A DNA stretch of 32,000 bases from Synechococcus elongatus PCC 6301 (GCF_000010065.1 NC_006576.1:1611138-1643137), one strand, 5' to 3'; shown: positions 9,863-18,294, numbered from the stretch's first letter. Program-made: numbers and translations. The notes: generated by a model not told the origin, from the sequence alone.

Positions 9863-9957
9863 TTTTCCACAGGGGGGATCAAGGGGGGTTCCTTTCTCCA
9901 CAGACTGAAGGGGTTTTCCACAAGAAATCCACAGGTTTTTCCACAGAGTTATCCACA
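9863..9957 (+). promoter_or_regulatory. six DnaA boxes on the plus strand
   Basis: TTTTCCACA at 9863, TTCTCCACA at 9894, TTTTCCACA at 9914, AAATCCACA at 9925, TTTTCCACA at 9937 and TTATCCACA at 9949 (perfect E. coli consensus). The last four start 11-12 bp apart. Confidence 0.85.
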
Positions 9958-9961
9958 GACT

Positions 9962-10600
9962 TTGCAGGCGATTATTTTTGATTTTGATGGAACTTTAGTA
10001 GATTCTCTGCCTACTGTAGTTGCAATCGCTAATGCTCATGCCCCGGATTTTGGTTATGACCCGATCGATGAGCGTGACTATGCGCAACTGCGTCAGTGGT
10101 CTTCCCGCACGATCGTGCGGCGTGCGGGTCTGTCACCTTGGCAGCAGGCGCGGTTACTCCAACGGGTGCAACGCCAGCTAGGGGATTGTCTACCGGCGCT
10201 GCAGCTCTTTCCTGGGGTTGCAGACCTCTTGGCTCAACTGCGATCGCGATCGCTCTGTCTTGGGATTCTTAGCTCCAACAGTCGGCAGAACATCGAAGCC
10301 TTTTTGCAACGACAAGGTCTGCGATCGCTGTTCTCTGTCGTTCAAGCTGGAACGCCCATTTTGAGTAAGCGTCGGGCTCTCAGTCAGTTGGTGGCTCGCG
10401 AGGGCTGGCAGCCAGCAGCTGTGATGTATGTCGGCGATGAAACCCGCGATGTGGAAGCTGCTCGTCAGGTGGGTCTGATTGCTGTGGCCGTGACTTGGGG
10501 CTTTAACGATCGCCAAAGCCTGGTCGCGGCCTGTCCTGATTGGCTACTAGAAACTCCCTCAGACCTATTGCAAGCTGTGACGCAACTGATGCGACAGTAG
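9962..10600 (+). CDS. HAD-superfamily hydrolase, subfamily IA (phosphoglycolate-phosphatase-like)
   Basis: Starting ORF 9779..10600 at the in-frame TTG 9962 gives MQAIIFDFDGTLVDSLP (HAD motif I DxDGT), then LGILSSNS (motif II) and YVGDETRDVEAA (motif IV). The 61 upstream codons simply read through the DnaA boxes. GTG 9845 and ATG 9779 are formal alternatives. Confidence 0.8.
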   Translation: MQAIIFDFDGTLVDSLPTVVAIANAHAPDFGYDPIDERDYAQLRQWSSRTIVRRAGLSPWQQARLLQRVQRQLGDCLPALQLFPGVADLLAQLRSRSLCLGILSSNSRQNIEAFLQRQGLRSLFSVVQAGTPILSKRRALSQLVAREGWQPAAVMYVGDETRDVEAARQVGLIAVAVTWGFNDRQSLVAACPDWLLETPSDLLQAVTQLMRQ

Positions 10601-10658
10601 GGACGTTGTTGTGGGTGGTGCAGTAAATTGGGCAGGTTGGAAAATGACCAAAAGTTAA

Positions 10659-10687
10659 GTCCTGATCCTTGGTCAAAGAATCAGGAC
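10659..10687 (-). terminator. intrinsic terminator downstream of thrC
   Basis: GTCCTGAT (10659-10666) pairs with ATCAGGAC (10680-10687). The stem is extendable by 3 bp after one mismatch, leaving a 5-nt loop. On the minus-strand RNA the hairpin is followed by UUAACUUUUGGUCAUUUU. It lies 34 nt after the thrC stop. Confidence 0.6.
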
Positions 10688-10720
10688 AAAAAGGCGAAGG
10701 TTGCGTAGAAGAAATTGGAA

Positions 10721-11821
10721 TTAAAAGCCCATGGTGTGAGCCACGATATCTAAATCAGGCTCAATTCCAGCTTTGAAACCTGTGTGGCTAAATTCGATCG
10801 CACTGCTGGGATCCTTGAGGCCATTACCAGTCAGAACGCAGACGATCGTAGCGCCGTCTGGGATTTCATCTTTGCACTTCAGCATGCCAGCGACGGAAGC
10901 TGCACTGGCAGGCTCACAGAAGATACCCTCCTGACCAGCCAGCATGCGATAGGCATCAAGAATTTCAGCATCGGTCACTGCATTGAAGGCACCATTACTT
11001 TCCTCATGCACTCTGAGGGCACGTTGCCAGTTCGCTGGATTACCAATCCGAATTGCTGTTGCGATCGTATCGGGCGATTGCACAATTTCTCCGGTGACTA
11101 GAGGCGCTGAACCCGCCGCTTGAAAACCCATCATGCGGGGCAGTTTTTGGCTCAACCCCTTAGCATGATATTCCTGAAAGCCCATCCAATAGGCACTGAT
11201 GTTGCCTGCATTGCCCATGGGAATACAGAGCCAATCGGGGGCTTCGCCGAGCACATCAATCAACTCAAAGGCAGCTGTTTTTTGCCCTTCTAAACGATAG
11301 GGATTGAGCGAGTTAACGAGGGTGACTGGGTACTGGTTAGCGACTTCGCGAACGATTTCGAGAGCTCGATCGAAGTTGCCTTTGATCGCCAGCACTTCTG
11401 CCCCGTAGAGCAGGGCTTGGGCTAGCTTGCCTTGGGCAACAAAACCATCCGGAATCAAGACAAAAGCACGCAGGCCGCCACGTCTTGCGTAGGCTGCTGC
11501 CGCCGCCGAAGTGTTGCCAGTACTGGCGCAGATAACCGCTTTTGCACCCGCTTCTTTGGCCTTGGTGATCGCCATCGTCATCCCACGATCTTTAAAGCTG
11601 CCTGTGGGATTGAGGCCATCATATTTGACGAAAACTTCCACGCCGCGACCAATTTCACGGGCGATCGTCGGCACAGGAATCAAGGGCGTATTACCCTCGT
11701 GCAGCGTGACGATCGGCGTCGTGTCGGTGACGGGGAGGTAGTCGCGGTAGGCTTCGATCAGTCCGGGCCAACCGTGGGCACGGCTTTGGGGTTGGGCTTC
11801 AGACGGATACGTTGCGGTCAC
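10721..11821 (-). CDS. thrC: threonine synthase
   Basis: 366-aa ORF with the PLP-lysine motif [11 protein letters not shown], then [10 protein letters not shown] and GNAGNISAY, typical of short-form ThrC. Confidence 0.95.
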   Translation of the reverse strand: MTATYPSEAQPQSRAHGWPGLIEAYRDYLPVTDTTPIVTLHEGNTPLIPVPTIAREIGRGVEVFVKYDGLNPTGSFKDRGMTMAITKAKEAGAKAVICASTGNTSAAAAAYARRGGLRAFVLIPDGFVAQGKLAQALLYGAEVLAIKGNFDRALEIVREVANQYPVTLVNSLNPYRLEGQKTAAFELIDVLGEAPDWLCIPMGNAGNISAYWMGFQEYHAKGLSQKLPRMMGFQAAGSAPLVTGEIVQSPDTIATAIRIGNPANWQRALRVHEESNGAFNAVTDAEILDAYRMLAGQEGIFCEPASAASVAGMLKCKDEIPDGATIVCVLTGNGLKDPSSAIEFSHTGFKAGIEPDLDIVAHTMGF

Positions 11822-11891
11822 GAGTACTCTGGATGGGAAGGGTTCGCGATGGCTGCAAGGGAGCGCGATCGCGCCTCACCCGTGGTAAGCC

Positions 11892-12656
11892 ATGACTCAG
11901 TTTACCGTGCTCCCTTCGCTCCTCAATGATGAGACTTCGGCTAGGTTCATGTTGCGTGTTTTAGTCGCCCATGGCAGTCGCGATCCGCGGTCGGCGATCG
12001 CATTGCAGCAATTGGCCACCGACCTCACGCCTCTGCTAGGAACTACGCCCGCGATTGCTTTTTTGGAAGGCCCTCATCCGCCCCTAGCCGACCAGATTGT
12101 GCAGTTGGCTCAGCAGGCTAAAACTCAGGGTGCGATCACGGTTCGGGTTTATCCCCTGTCTCTGCTGGCAGGCACCCACACCACAGAGGATTTGCCGGCA
12201 GCGATCGCCACCGCTCAAACGCAGATCCCTTTGCCCGTTGAACTGCAGCCCGCCTGGGGTGAATCGGACAGTCTGCGCAGTCTGCTGCGATCGCAAGTCA
12301 CCCCCGCAACTGAAACGTGGCTGTTAGCTCATGGCAGTCGTCGCCCTGAAGCCAATCAGCAAATTGAACAATTGGCGGCTGAATTCGGCTGGCCTGCAGT
12401 GTTTTGTCGAGCAGAACCGCTGCTGAACGATCGCTTGGCTCGCACCCAGCCCCAACGCCTCTTGCCCTTGTTGCTTTTTCCGGGGCCGATTTACGACAGT
12501 GTGCAAGCACTTTGTGAAGCGGCTGATGCCTCTGCTTGCTTGGCACCCCCGCTGAGCCAATGGCCCCGGTTCTTAGAGGCAATTGCCCAGTGGCTCCAAT
12601 TTGATCTTGCTATCAGCGATAATCGAGCCTCGACCCCTTCTCGTTTTCCACAGTAG
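11892..12656 (+). CDS. cbiX: CbiX/SirB-type sirohydrochlorin chelatase (two-domain form)
   Basis: The 254-aa ORF has duplicated class-II chelatase motifs, VLVAHGSRDPRS and LLAHGSRRPEANQ. The true start may be the ATG at 11949 (MLRVLVAHGSRD). Confidence 0.8.
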   Translation: MTQFTVLPSLLNDETSARFMLRVLVAHGSRDPRSAIALQQLATDLTPLLGTTPAIAFLEGPHPPLADQIVQLAQQAKTQGAITVRVYPLSLLAGTHTTEDLPAAIATAQTQIPLPVELQPAWGESDSLRSLLRSQVTPATETWLLAHGSRRPEANQQIEQLAAEFGWPAVFCRAEPLLNDRLARTQPQRLLPLLLFPGPIYDSVQALCEAADASACLAPPLSQWPRFLEAIAQWLQFDLAISDNRASTPSRFPQ

Positions 12657-12698
12657 CCTGGGGAAATTGGGGAGAAAATCTGCCACTCACCTCCGACA

Positions 12699-13496
12699 TT
12701 GACCCTGATTTCTTCTGTTACAAAAGGCAAAGTTTATCTAGTGGGTGCTGGCCCTGGCGATCCGGGTCTGTTGACCTTGCGAGGCAAAGCATTACTAGAA
12801 GCTGCTGAGGTGGTTGTTTATGACGCCTTGGTCAGTGATGCAATCTTGTCTTTAATCAATCCCAAGGCAGACAAAATTCATGCCGGTAAACGGCGTGGAC
12901 AACACTCACTGTTGCAAACTGAAACAACCCAGTTACTGATTGAAAAGGCTCAGCAACAAGCGGTTGTGGTGCGCTTGAAAGGTGGCGACCCGTTTGTGTT
13001 TGGTCGGGGGGGTGAGGAGATGGCCGACCTCCAAGCAGCAGGCATTGCAGTGGAGGTGGTTCCCGGCGTGACGGCAGGGGTGGCGGTGCCAGCCTACGCT
13101 GGCATTCCCATTACCCACCGCGATCGCAGTTCCAGCGTCACGTTTGTGACTGGTCATGAAATGGCGGGCAAGTATCGCCCCAGCATTGCTTGGGAGGCGA
13201 TTGCCCGGGGCAGCGAAACGATTGTGATCTACATGGGCCTGCACAATCTGGCTCTGATCATTGAGCAGTTGCAGACCGCAGGCTTACCCGGCATAACCCC
13301 GATCGCCTTGATTCGTTGGGGTACGCGACCGGAGCAGGAAGAACTGTTTGCCACGCTAGAAACCGTTGTGGCAGCCGTTGCCGAACGTCAATTTCAAGCA
13401 CCCGCGATCGCGGTCATCGGTCAGGTTGTCAGCCTGAGTCCGTTGCTGCCGCCGACAATGATGACAGCGAGCGATCGCGGACTACCGACGGCCTAA
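12699..13496 (+). CDS. cobA: uroporphyrinogen-III C-methyltransferase (SUMT)
   Basis: VYLVGAGPGDPGLLTLRG, VVRLKGGDPFVFGRGGEE and VPGVTAGVAVPAYAGIPITHRD are hallmark tetrapyrrole-methylase motifs. The start is TTG 12699. Confidence 0.9.
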   Translation: MTLISSVTKGKVYLVGAGPGDPGLLTLRGKALLEAAEVVVYDALVSDAILSLINPKADKIHAGKRRGQHSLLQTETTQLLIEKAQQQAVVVRLKGGDPFVFGRGGEEMADLQAAGIAVEVVPGVTAGVAVPAYAGIPITHRDRSSSVTFVTGHEMAGKYRPSIAWEAIARGSETIVIYMGLHNLALIIEQLQTAGLPGITPIALIRWGTRPEQEELFATLETVVAAVAERQFQAPAIAVIGQVVSLSPLLPPTMMTASDRGLPTA

Positions 13497-14029
13497 TTAC
13501 TGCCGCCCGACCCGAGTGATCGAATCAGCGCTTCAAGGTCGCCGACTTGAGCAATCAACCCCAGTAGCGAATCCACATTGACCCGCATGTTGGTGGGATA
13601 GTTCTCTAGCAGTTCAACGGGAGAAATTTGACCATCCTTCGACAAGGAAAGCAGAATGGCGGCTCGCAGTGCTTGGCGTCCATCCTGGTTAGAAACCCGT
13701 GGAGCGACGATTGTCCCAGCGCGATCGAGTAGGCCTGTCCCTAGGCTGCTGTAGAGCAGATCGCTGGCCTGGACAAGGCTAAAGGGAAAGCTGAGATTCA
13801 GAAACCGCTGTAGCTGTTGGGGATCCTGATTGCCAAGCTTCAAAATGGTGCCGAGAAATCCCCGGGCTTCGCCGGTCTCTGCTAGGTGTTTCAGGTCTGC
13901 GACATCAATGGATCGGTTCCAAGGACCGTAGATGAGCGTTACGGTTTCTGCAGCCTTTCCGGGAATGGCACTGGCGAACAGTACAGCGAGACCCGAGAGA
14001 ACAGCAGTGAGCGAGCGGCGCATGGGCAA
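13493..14029 (-). CDS. secreted DUF1400-like protein (cyanobacterial family of unknown function)
   Basis: 178-aa ORF with a signal peptide (MPMRRSLTAVLSGLAVLFASAIPGKAAE), followed by TVTLIYGPWNRSIDVADLKHLAETGEARGFL, which resembles the DUF1400 N-terminal pattern from memory. Confidence 0.65.
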   Translation of the reverse strand: MPMRRSLTAVLSGLAVLFASAIPGKAAETVTLIYGPWNRSIDVADLKHLAETGEARGFLGTILKLGNQDPQQLQRFLNLSFPFSLVQASDLLYSSLGTGLLDRAGTIVAPRVSNQDGRQALRAAILLSLSKDGQISPVELLENYPTNMRVNVDSLLGLIAQVGDLEALIRSLGSGGSN

Positions 14030-14224
14030 AACTCACGAAAGCTTAGACGTAGTGTGCCATCGCTCTCCAGAAAACTCTGTATCCTGTCGGAAATTGCAGT
14101 AAATCAACGCTTCTGGGGCGATCGCGGCTTTTCTGTTCTCTGTTATGCCCCTGCAAAACAGCGCAGAACCAATTGATCGCCACCAACTGAGGAGGCGATC
14201 GCCGAGGGCATAGAGCGTAGGTAT

Positions 14225-14545
14225 TTAGGGCGCTGGTGTAAAAGAATTGCCCGTATTGCGCTGGCGCACTTGCTCTAGCTGCTGCCGACGGAATTGAGCG
14301 GCTTCACGGTCAATATTTTGGCTTTGCTCTTGCAGCGACCAATTAGGATTGCCATCCGCCGCTTGTTGGAGTCGCTGAAAGATGCTGAAGGCATCGGTGG
14401 GCTGACGACTGGCAGGATTACTTGGATCGTTGTTGGGTGTAAATGTGGTGCCGCTGCCAACGGGAGCAAACTGCGCCTGAGCAAAGGGAGCAACGCAGAG
14501 GCCAAGGCAACCGCCAAGGAGAAGAGAGGCTAGCGATCGCTTCAT
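14225..14545 (-). CDS. small secreted/lipoprotein-like hypothetical protein (106 aa)
   Basis: ORF 14225..14671 trimmed to the ATG at 14545 gives MKRSLASLLLGGCLGLCVAPFAQAQ, a signal peptide with a possible LGGC lipobox or an AQA cleavage site. The longer form would overlap the xthA start. Confidence 0.55.
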   Translation of the reverse strand: MKRSLASLLLGGCLGLCVAPFAQAQFAPVGSGTTFTPNNDPSNPASRQPTDAFSIFQRLQQAADGNPNWSLQEQSQNIDREAAQFRRQQLEQVRQRNTGNSFTPAP

Positions 14546-14645
14546 AACCGTTAAGAATGAGTCGGATGACGCTCTTATCCTAGCGGACGCAGGGATCCAT
14601 GAACCGCGATAGATTGGGCTGCGTCCTGCTTCTGTCTCGATCGCT

Positions 14646-15443
14646 ATGCGTATTGCCACCTGGAACGTCAATTCGGTTCGCAGTCGTCTCGAACATCTCC
14701 AGCGTTGGCTAACGGATCAGACCCTTGATATCGTCTGCCTCCAAGAAACAAAGGTAGTGGATGAGCAGTTTCCCTTGGAGCCTCTGCAAGCTCTGGGCTA
14801 TCACTGCGCGATCGCGGGTCAAAAGTCTTACAACGGTGTGGCGATTCTTAGTCGACAACCCCTCGCAGATGTGCAAATTGGTTTTGGTGCCGTTTTGGGA
14901 GCAGAAGCCGTCGGGGATTTAGATGAGCAAAAGCGTGTGATTTCTGGCCGATCTGGGGATTTACGGATTATCAATCTCTACGTGCCGAATGGCTCAGAAC
15001 TTGGCAGCGAGAAGTATGACTACAAGCTGCGCTGGCTGACCTGCCTGCAGCAATACTTGACGGTCTTGGGCGATCGCGAAAGCCAAATCCATATCTGCGG
15101 CGATTTCAATATCGCCCTGGAAGATCGCGATATTTACGATCCAGCGGGCAAAGAAACGCACATTATGTCGTCGCCGACAGAACGGGAGGCCTTGCGCCAG
15201 TCGGTGCTTTCCCTCGGCTTTGTCGATGCTTTTCGGCTGTTCGAAGCCGGTGCGGATCAGTTTAGCTGGTGGGACTACCGCACCGGGGCGTTCCGACGCA
15301 ATCGCGGCTGGCGCATCGATCATCACTACCTCTCGGAGTCAGCCAAGGCACGGGCGATCGCCTGTCACATCGACCGCGAGCCGCGCACTTGGGAGAAACC
15401 CAGCGACCACACCCCTGTGGTTCTCGAACTGGCGGATGAATGA
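14646..15443 (+). CDS. xthA: exodeoxyribonuclease III (AP endonuclease family 1)
   Basis: MRIATWNVNSVRSRL, DIVCLQETK, the NLYVPNG motif, and GDFNIA...SWWDYR...GWRIDHHY...SDHTPV are the canonical EEP-family ExoIII motifs. Confidence 0.92.
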   Translation: MRIATWNVNSVRSRLEHLQRWLTDQTLDIVCLQETKVVDEQFPLEPLQALGYHCAIAGQKSYNGVAILSRQPLADVQIGFGAVLGAEAVGDLDEQKRVISGRSGDLRIINLYVPNGSELGSEKYDYKLRWLTCLQQYLTVLGDRESQIHICGDFNIALEDRDIYDPAGKETHIMSSPTEREALRQSVLSLGFVDAFRLFEAGADQFSWWDYRTGAFRRNRGWRIDHHYLSESAKARAIACHIDREPRTWEKPSDHTPVVLELADE

Positions 15444-15529
15444 GGGCTAGCTAGGAGAGGCAATCGCGCCGGTAGGATAGAACAGTCGCCCGCCCTTGGT
15501 TGAGGCGTCCCTTAATCCTTGTGCCCCTC

Positions 15530-17344
15530 ATGGTTCAATCTGCTCCGTCGACCGAAGCCATTCAGCTGCCGAAAACTAGCGAGTCTGCGCAACTCAAGCG
15601 CATTCGACACACAATGTCGCATGTGATGGCAATGGCCGTCCAAAAGCTATTTCCCAAGGCACAAGTCACGATTGGCCCTTGGACGGAGACAGGGTTCTAC
15701 TACGACTTCGATACGCCAGAACCGTTCACCGAAGCCGATCTCAAGGCCATCAAAAAAGAGATGGTCAAGATCATTCAGCAAAAGCTGCCGGTCGTTCGTG
15801 AAGAAGTTAGTCGAGAAGAAGCCCAGCAGCGGATTGAGGCGCTGGGTGAACCCTACAAGCTGGAGATTCTGCAGGGCTTAACTGAGCCGATCACGCTCTA
15901 TCACTTAGGCGATCGCTGGTGGGATCTCTGTGCAGGGCCGCACGTTGAGACCACGGCTGAACTCAATCCCAAGGCCTTTGATCTGGAATCCGTGGCAGGT
16001 GCCTACTGGCGCGGTGATGAAACCAAAGCACAACTGCAGCGGATTTATGGCACCGCCTGGGAAACGCCAGAGCAATTGACCGAATACAAGCGCCGCAAAG
16101 AAGAAGCGCTCAAACGCGATCACCGCAAGCTGGGGCGGGAGTTGGGCCTGTTCCTGTTTGCCGATCCCGTCGGCCCCGGCCTGCCCTTGTGGACGCCCAA
16201 AGGCACGATTCTGCGATCGACCTTGGAGGATTTCCTCAAGCAGGAACAAATGAAGCGTGGCTATCAATCAGTCGTCACGCCCCATTTGGCGAGAGTCGAC
16301 CTCTTTAAAGTTTCAGGGCACTGGCAAAACTATCGGGAAGATATGTTCCCGATGATGGCTGAGGATGATGAAGCCCGTGGGCTGGAGCAAGGCTTTGTAC
16401 TCAAGCCCATGAATTGCCCGTTCCATATTCAGATCTATAAAAATGAACTGCGCTCCTATCGCGAACTCCCGATTCGTTTAGCGGAATTTGGTACCGTATA
16501 TCGCTACGAACAATCGGGTGAACTGGGCGGCCTAACGCGTGTGCGCGGCTTTACCGTCGATGATTCACACCTCTTTGTTCGCCCCGATCAGCTGGCGTCT
16601 GAGTTCTTGAGCGTTGTCGATCTCATTCTGTCTGTCTTCAAGGCGCTCAATCTCAAAAAGTTCAAGGCTCGCCTCAGTTTCCGCGATCCCGAGTCCGATA
16701 AATATATTGGCTCGGATGATGTCTGGGAAAAAGCAGAGTCTGCAATTCAAGCGGCCGCTGAGACGCTGGGAATGGACTACTTTATTGGCGTTGGTGAAGC
16801 TGCTTTTTATGGTCCAAAACTCGACTTTATTTTTCAAGATGCCCTTGATCGTGAGTGGCAGCTAGGCACTGTTCAGGTCGACTATAATCTACCGGAACGG
16901 TTTGACTTGGAATATGTGGCAGAGGATGGCAGCCGACAGCGTCCTGTGATGATTCATCGTGCACCGTTCGGGTCGCTAGAGCGCTTAATTGGCATTCTGA
17001 TCGAAGAATACGCTGGTGATTTTCCGCTGTGGCTAGCGCCTGAACAAATCCGACTGTTGCCTGTCACTGAAACGGTTCTTGATTACTGTCAACAGGTTGC
17101 TGATCAACTGCGAGCGATCGGTGTTCGAGTGCAGGTCGATTGCAGTGGCGATCGCCTCGGTAAACTAATTCGCAATGCTGAGAAGGCCAAGATTCCAGTC
17201 ATGGCAGTGATTGGTGCTCAAGAGGCAGAGTCAGAAACTCTGAGTATTCGTACAAGAGCGACCGGTGATCTTGGCAGCCTAACGGTAGCTGATTTAACCA
17301 AACGCCTGTCATCTGCGATCGCAGAAAAATTACCGCATCTTTAG
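15530..17344 (+). CDS. thrS: threonyl-tRNA synthetase (editing, catalytic and anticodon-binding domains; no N-terminal TGS domain)
   Basis: ORF 15500..17344 has an ATG at 15530 (the TTG at 15500 is the alternative). Motifs are the RHTMSHVMAMAVQKLFP and CAGPHV editing-site residues, AYWRGD, RDHRKLG, the class II motifs (FRYEQSGELGGLTRVRGFT, HRAPFGSLERLIG) and the anticodon domain. Confidence 0.93.
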   Translation: MVQSAPSTEAIQLPKTSESAQLKRIRHTMSHVMAMAVQKLFPKAQVTIGPWTETGFYYDFDTPEPFTEADLKAIKKEMVKIIQQKLPVVREEVSREEAQQRIEALGEPYKLEILQGLTEPITLYHLGDRWWDLCAGPHVETTAELNPKAFDLESVAGAYWRGDETKAQLQRIYGTAWETPEQLTEYKRRKEEALKRDHRKLGRELGLFLFADPVGPGLPLWTPKGTILRSTLEDFLKQEQMKRGYQSVVTPHLARVDLFKVSGHWQNYREDMFPMMAEDDEARGLEQGFVLKPMNCPFHIQIYKNELRSYRELPIRLAEFGTVYRYEQSGELGGLTRVRGFTVDDSHLFVRPDQLASEFLSVVDLILSVFKALNLKKFKARLSFRDPESDKYIGSDDVWEKAESAIQAAAETLGMDYFIGVGEAAFYGPKLDFIFQDALDREWQLGTVQVDYNLPERFDLEYVAEDGSRQRPVMIHRAPFGSLERLIGILIEEYAGDFPLWLAPEQIRLLPVTETVLDYCQQVADQLRAIGVRVQVDCSGDRLGKLIRNAEKAKIPVMAVIGAQEAESETLSIRTRATGDLGSLTVADLTKRLSSAIAEKLPHL

Positions 17345-17614
17345 CAGGTTTGAGAGAGTTGATTAGTAGTCACTTGTAAGGAGCTTCTCCAAGGGGTGCT
17401 CTCTGCGGCTACGTATTTTCTCATTAGAATCTCGATGTTCCTAGATTGATAATTGAAAGGGGTGACAGAGAACTGTAGCGAGTTGAGATAACCTAAATCG
17501 CGATAAGAACAGTCAAACTTTGTTAAGGGATTATAAATATGTAGAACTGGGTAACACACAATCTGTCTTAGAGGCTGCACACTGATAACACTAGATTGCC
17601 ACAGTGTCAAAAGC

Positions 17615-18271
17615 ATGAGCCTTGGATCCCAGGCATTCGGCCAAGCCTTTCCCTCTGACAACTTCCCAGAACAGCCCCAGGCTGCTGCGTCGCCACAACC
17701 TGCGCGAGCAGATAAGGTCGATCAGCAAGTAGTTGCCGTACGGCGCGCCCTAGGGGAGCACTTAGTCTTGGGCGGCTTTTTGACGAACCTTCAACTCCAG
17801 GCAGCACTACAGGATCAATTTTGTTCGGTCAACCAAACCGCAAAGCGGCTGGGAGAGATCTTAGTCAGTTATGGTTGGGTCTCTGGCAAGGTGATTGATT
17901 TTTTCTTGCGTTATCGCTCCCATCACCTGATTCAGCCAGGTAAACAGCTCGGCGATTATCTGCTTGAGCTGGGTTTGGTTTCGCATGCTGATCTAGATAA
18001 GGCCCTTCGACTTCAAAAAACGAGTTATCTAGGTCAGCCTCTCGGCCAAATTTTAGTCAAGTTTGGCTTAGTTAAAAAACAAACAATTGATTATTTAGTT
18101 GATTCCATTATTAAGCCAGAGCTCGCACTGCTCAGTCAGTCGTGGACTGGCCCTGAGGGAACTTCTAATCCCTATAAATCGAAACCTAATCCCCTAGCTG
18201 ATGAGGAAGTTTATTTTGATGAACTAACAACTTTCTCAGAAGCCTTTAGTCCTTTCAAAAAGCGTCAGTAA
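17615..18271 (+). CDS. stand-alone protein with two GspE-N/MshEN-like domains (four LGxxLVxxGLV 24-residue motifs)
   Basis: The 218-aa ORF contains the motifs ALGEHLVLGGFLTNLQLQAALQDQ, RLGEILVSYGWVSGKVIDFFLRYR, QLGDYLLELGLVSHADLDKALRLQ and PLGQILVKFGLVKKQTIDYLVDSI. The N- and C-termini are low-complexity. Confidence 0.7.
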   Translation: MSLGSQAFGQAFPSDNFPEQPQAAASPQPARADKVDQQVVAVRRALGEHLVLGGFLTNLQLQAALQDQFCSVNQTAKRLGEILVSYGWVSGKVIDFFLRYRSHHLIQPGKQLGDYLLELGLVSHADLDKALRLQKTSYLGQPLGQILVKFGLVKKQTIDYLVDSIIKPELALLSQSWTGPEGTSNPYKSKPNPLADEEVYFDELTTFSEAFSPFKKRQ

Positions 18272-18294
18272 TTTCTTGTTCTTAAAATTGATTA

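Larger units (their letters stand above)
9637..9961. other. chromosomal replication origin (oriC) in the dnaN / HAD-hydrolase intergenic region
   Basis: 325-bp non-coding gap. It contains eleven matches to the DnaA-box consensus TT(A/T)TCCACA, an AT-rich tract and several GATC sites, directly upstream of dnaN. Confidence 0.85.

Noticed and set aside
9771-9957. Cluster of short direct and inverted 9-mers that could be mistaken for a CRISPR-like or tandem-repeat array
   Set aside because: The repeat unit is only 9 nt, the spacing is irregular (0-53 nt) and the units occur in both orientations. The unit equals the DnaA-box consensus and there are no cas genes. It is oriC, not CRISPR.
9779-9961. 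N-terminal 61 codons of the ORF-track ORF 9779..10600 (MWKRSWKAF...GFSTGG...GFSTRNPQVFPQSYPQT)
   Set aside because: This stretch is simply the DnaA-box array read in one frame. The repeated CGK/VEK/GFST peptides mirror TGTGGAAAA and TTTTCCACA. The HAD fold begins at MQAIIFDFDG (TTG 9962). I treat it as non-coding oriC.
15444-15529. Possible ThrRS autoregulatory operator (tRNA-Thr anticodon-arm mimic) or T-box in the thrS leader
   Set aside because: The leader is only 86 nt. I found only 4-bp stems and no anticodon-like loop or T-box sequence.
17341-17661. 106-aa minus-strand ORF spanning the thrS / MshEN-like intergenic region
   Set aside because: It overlaps both the thrS stop and the start of the 17615 gene, lies in AT-rich DNA with an atypical composition, and has no recognisable motif. 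It is most likely a chance ORF. The 270-bp gap may hold a promoter or 5' UTR, but I could not define convincing -35/-10 elements.
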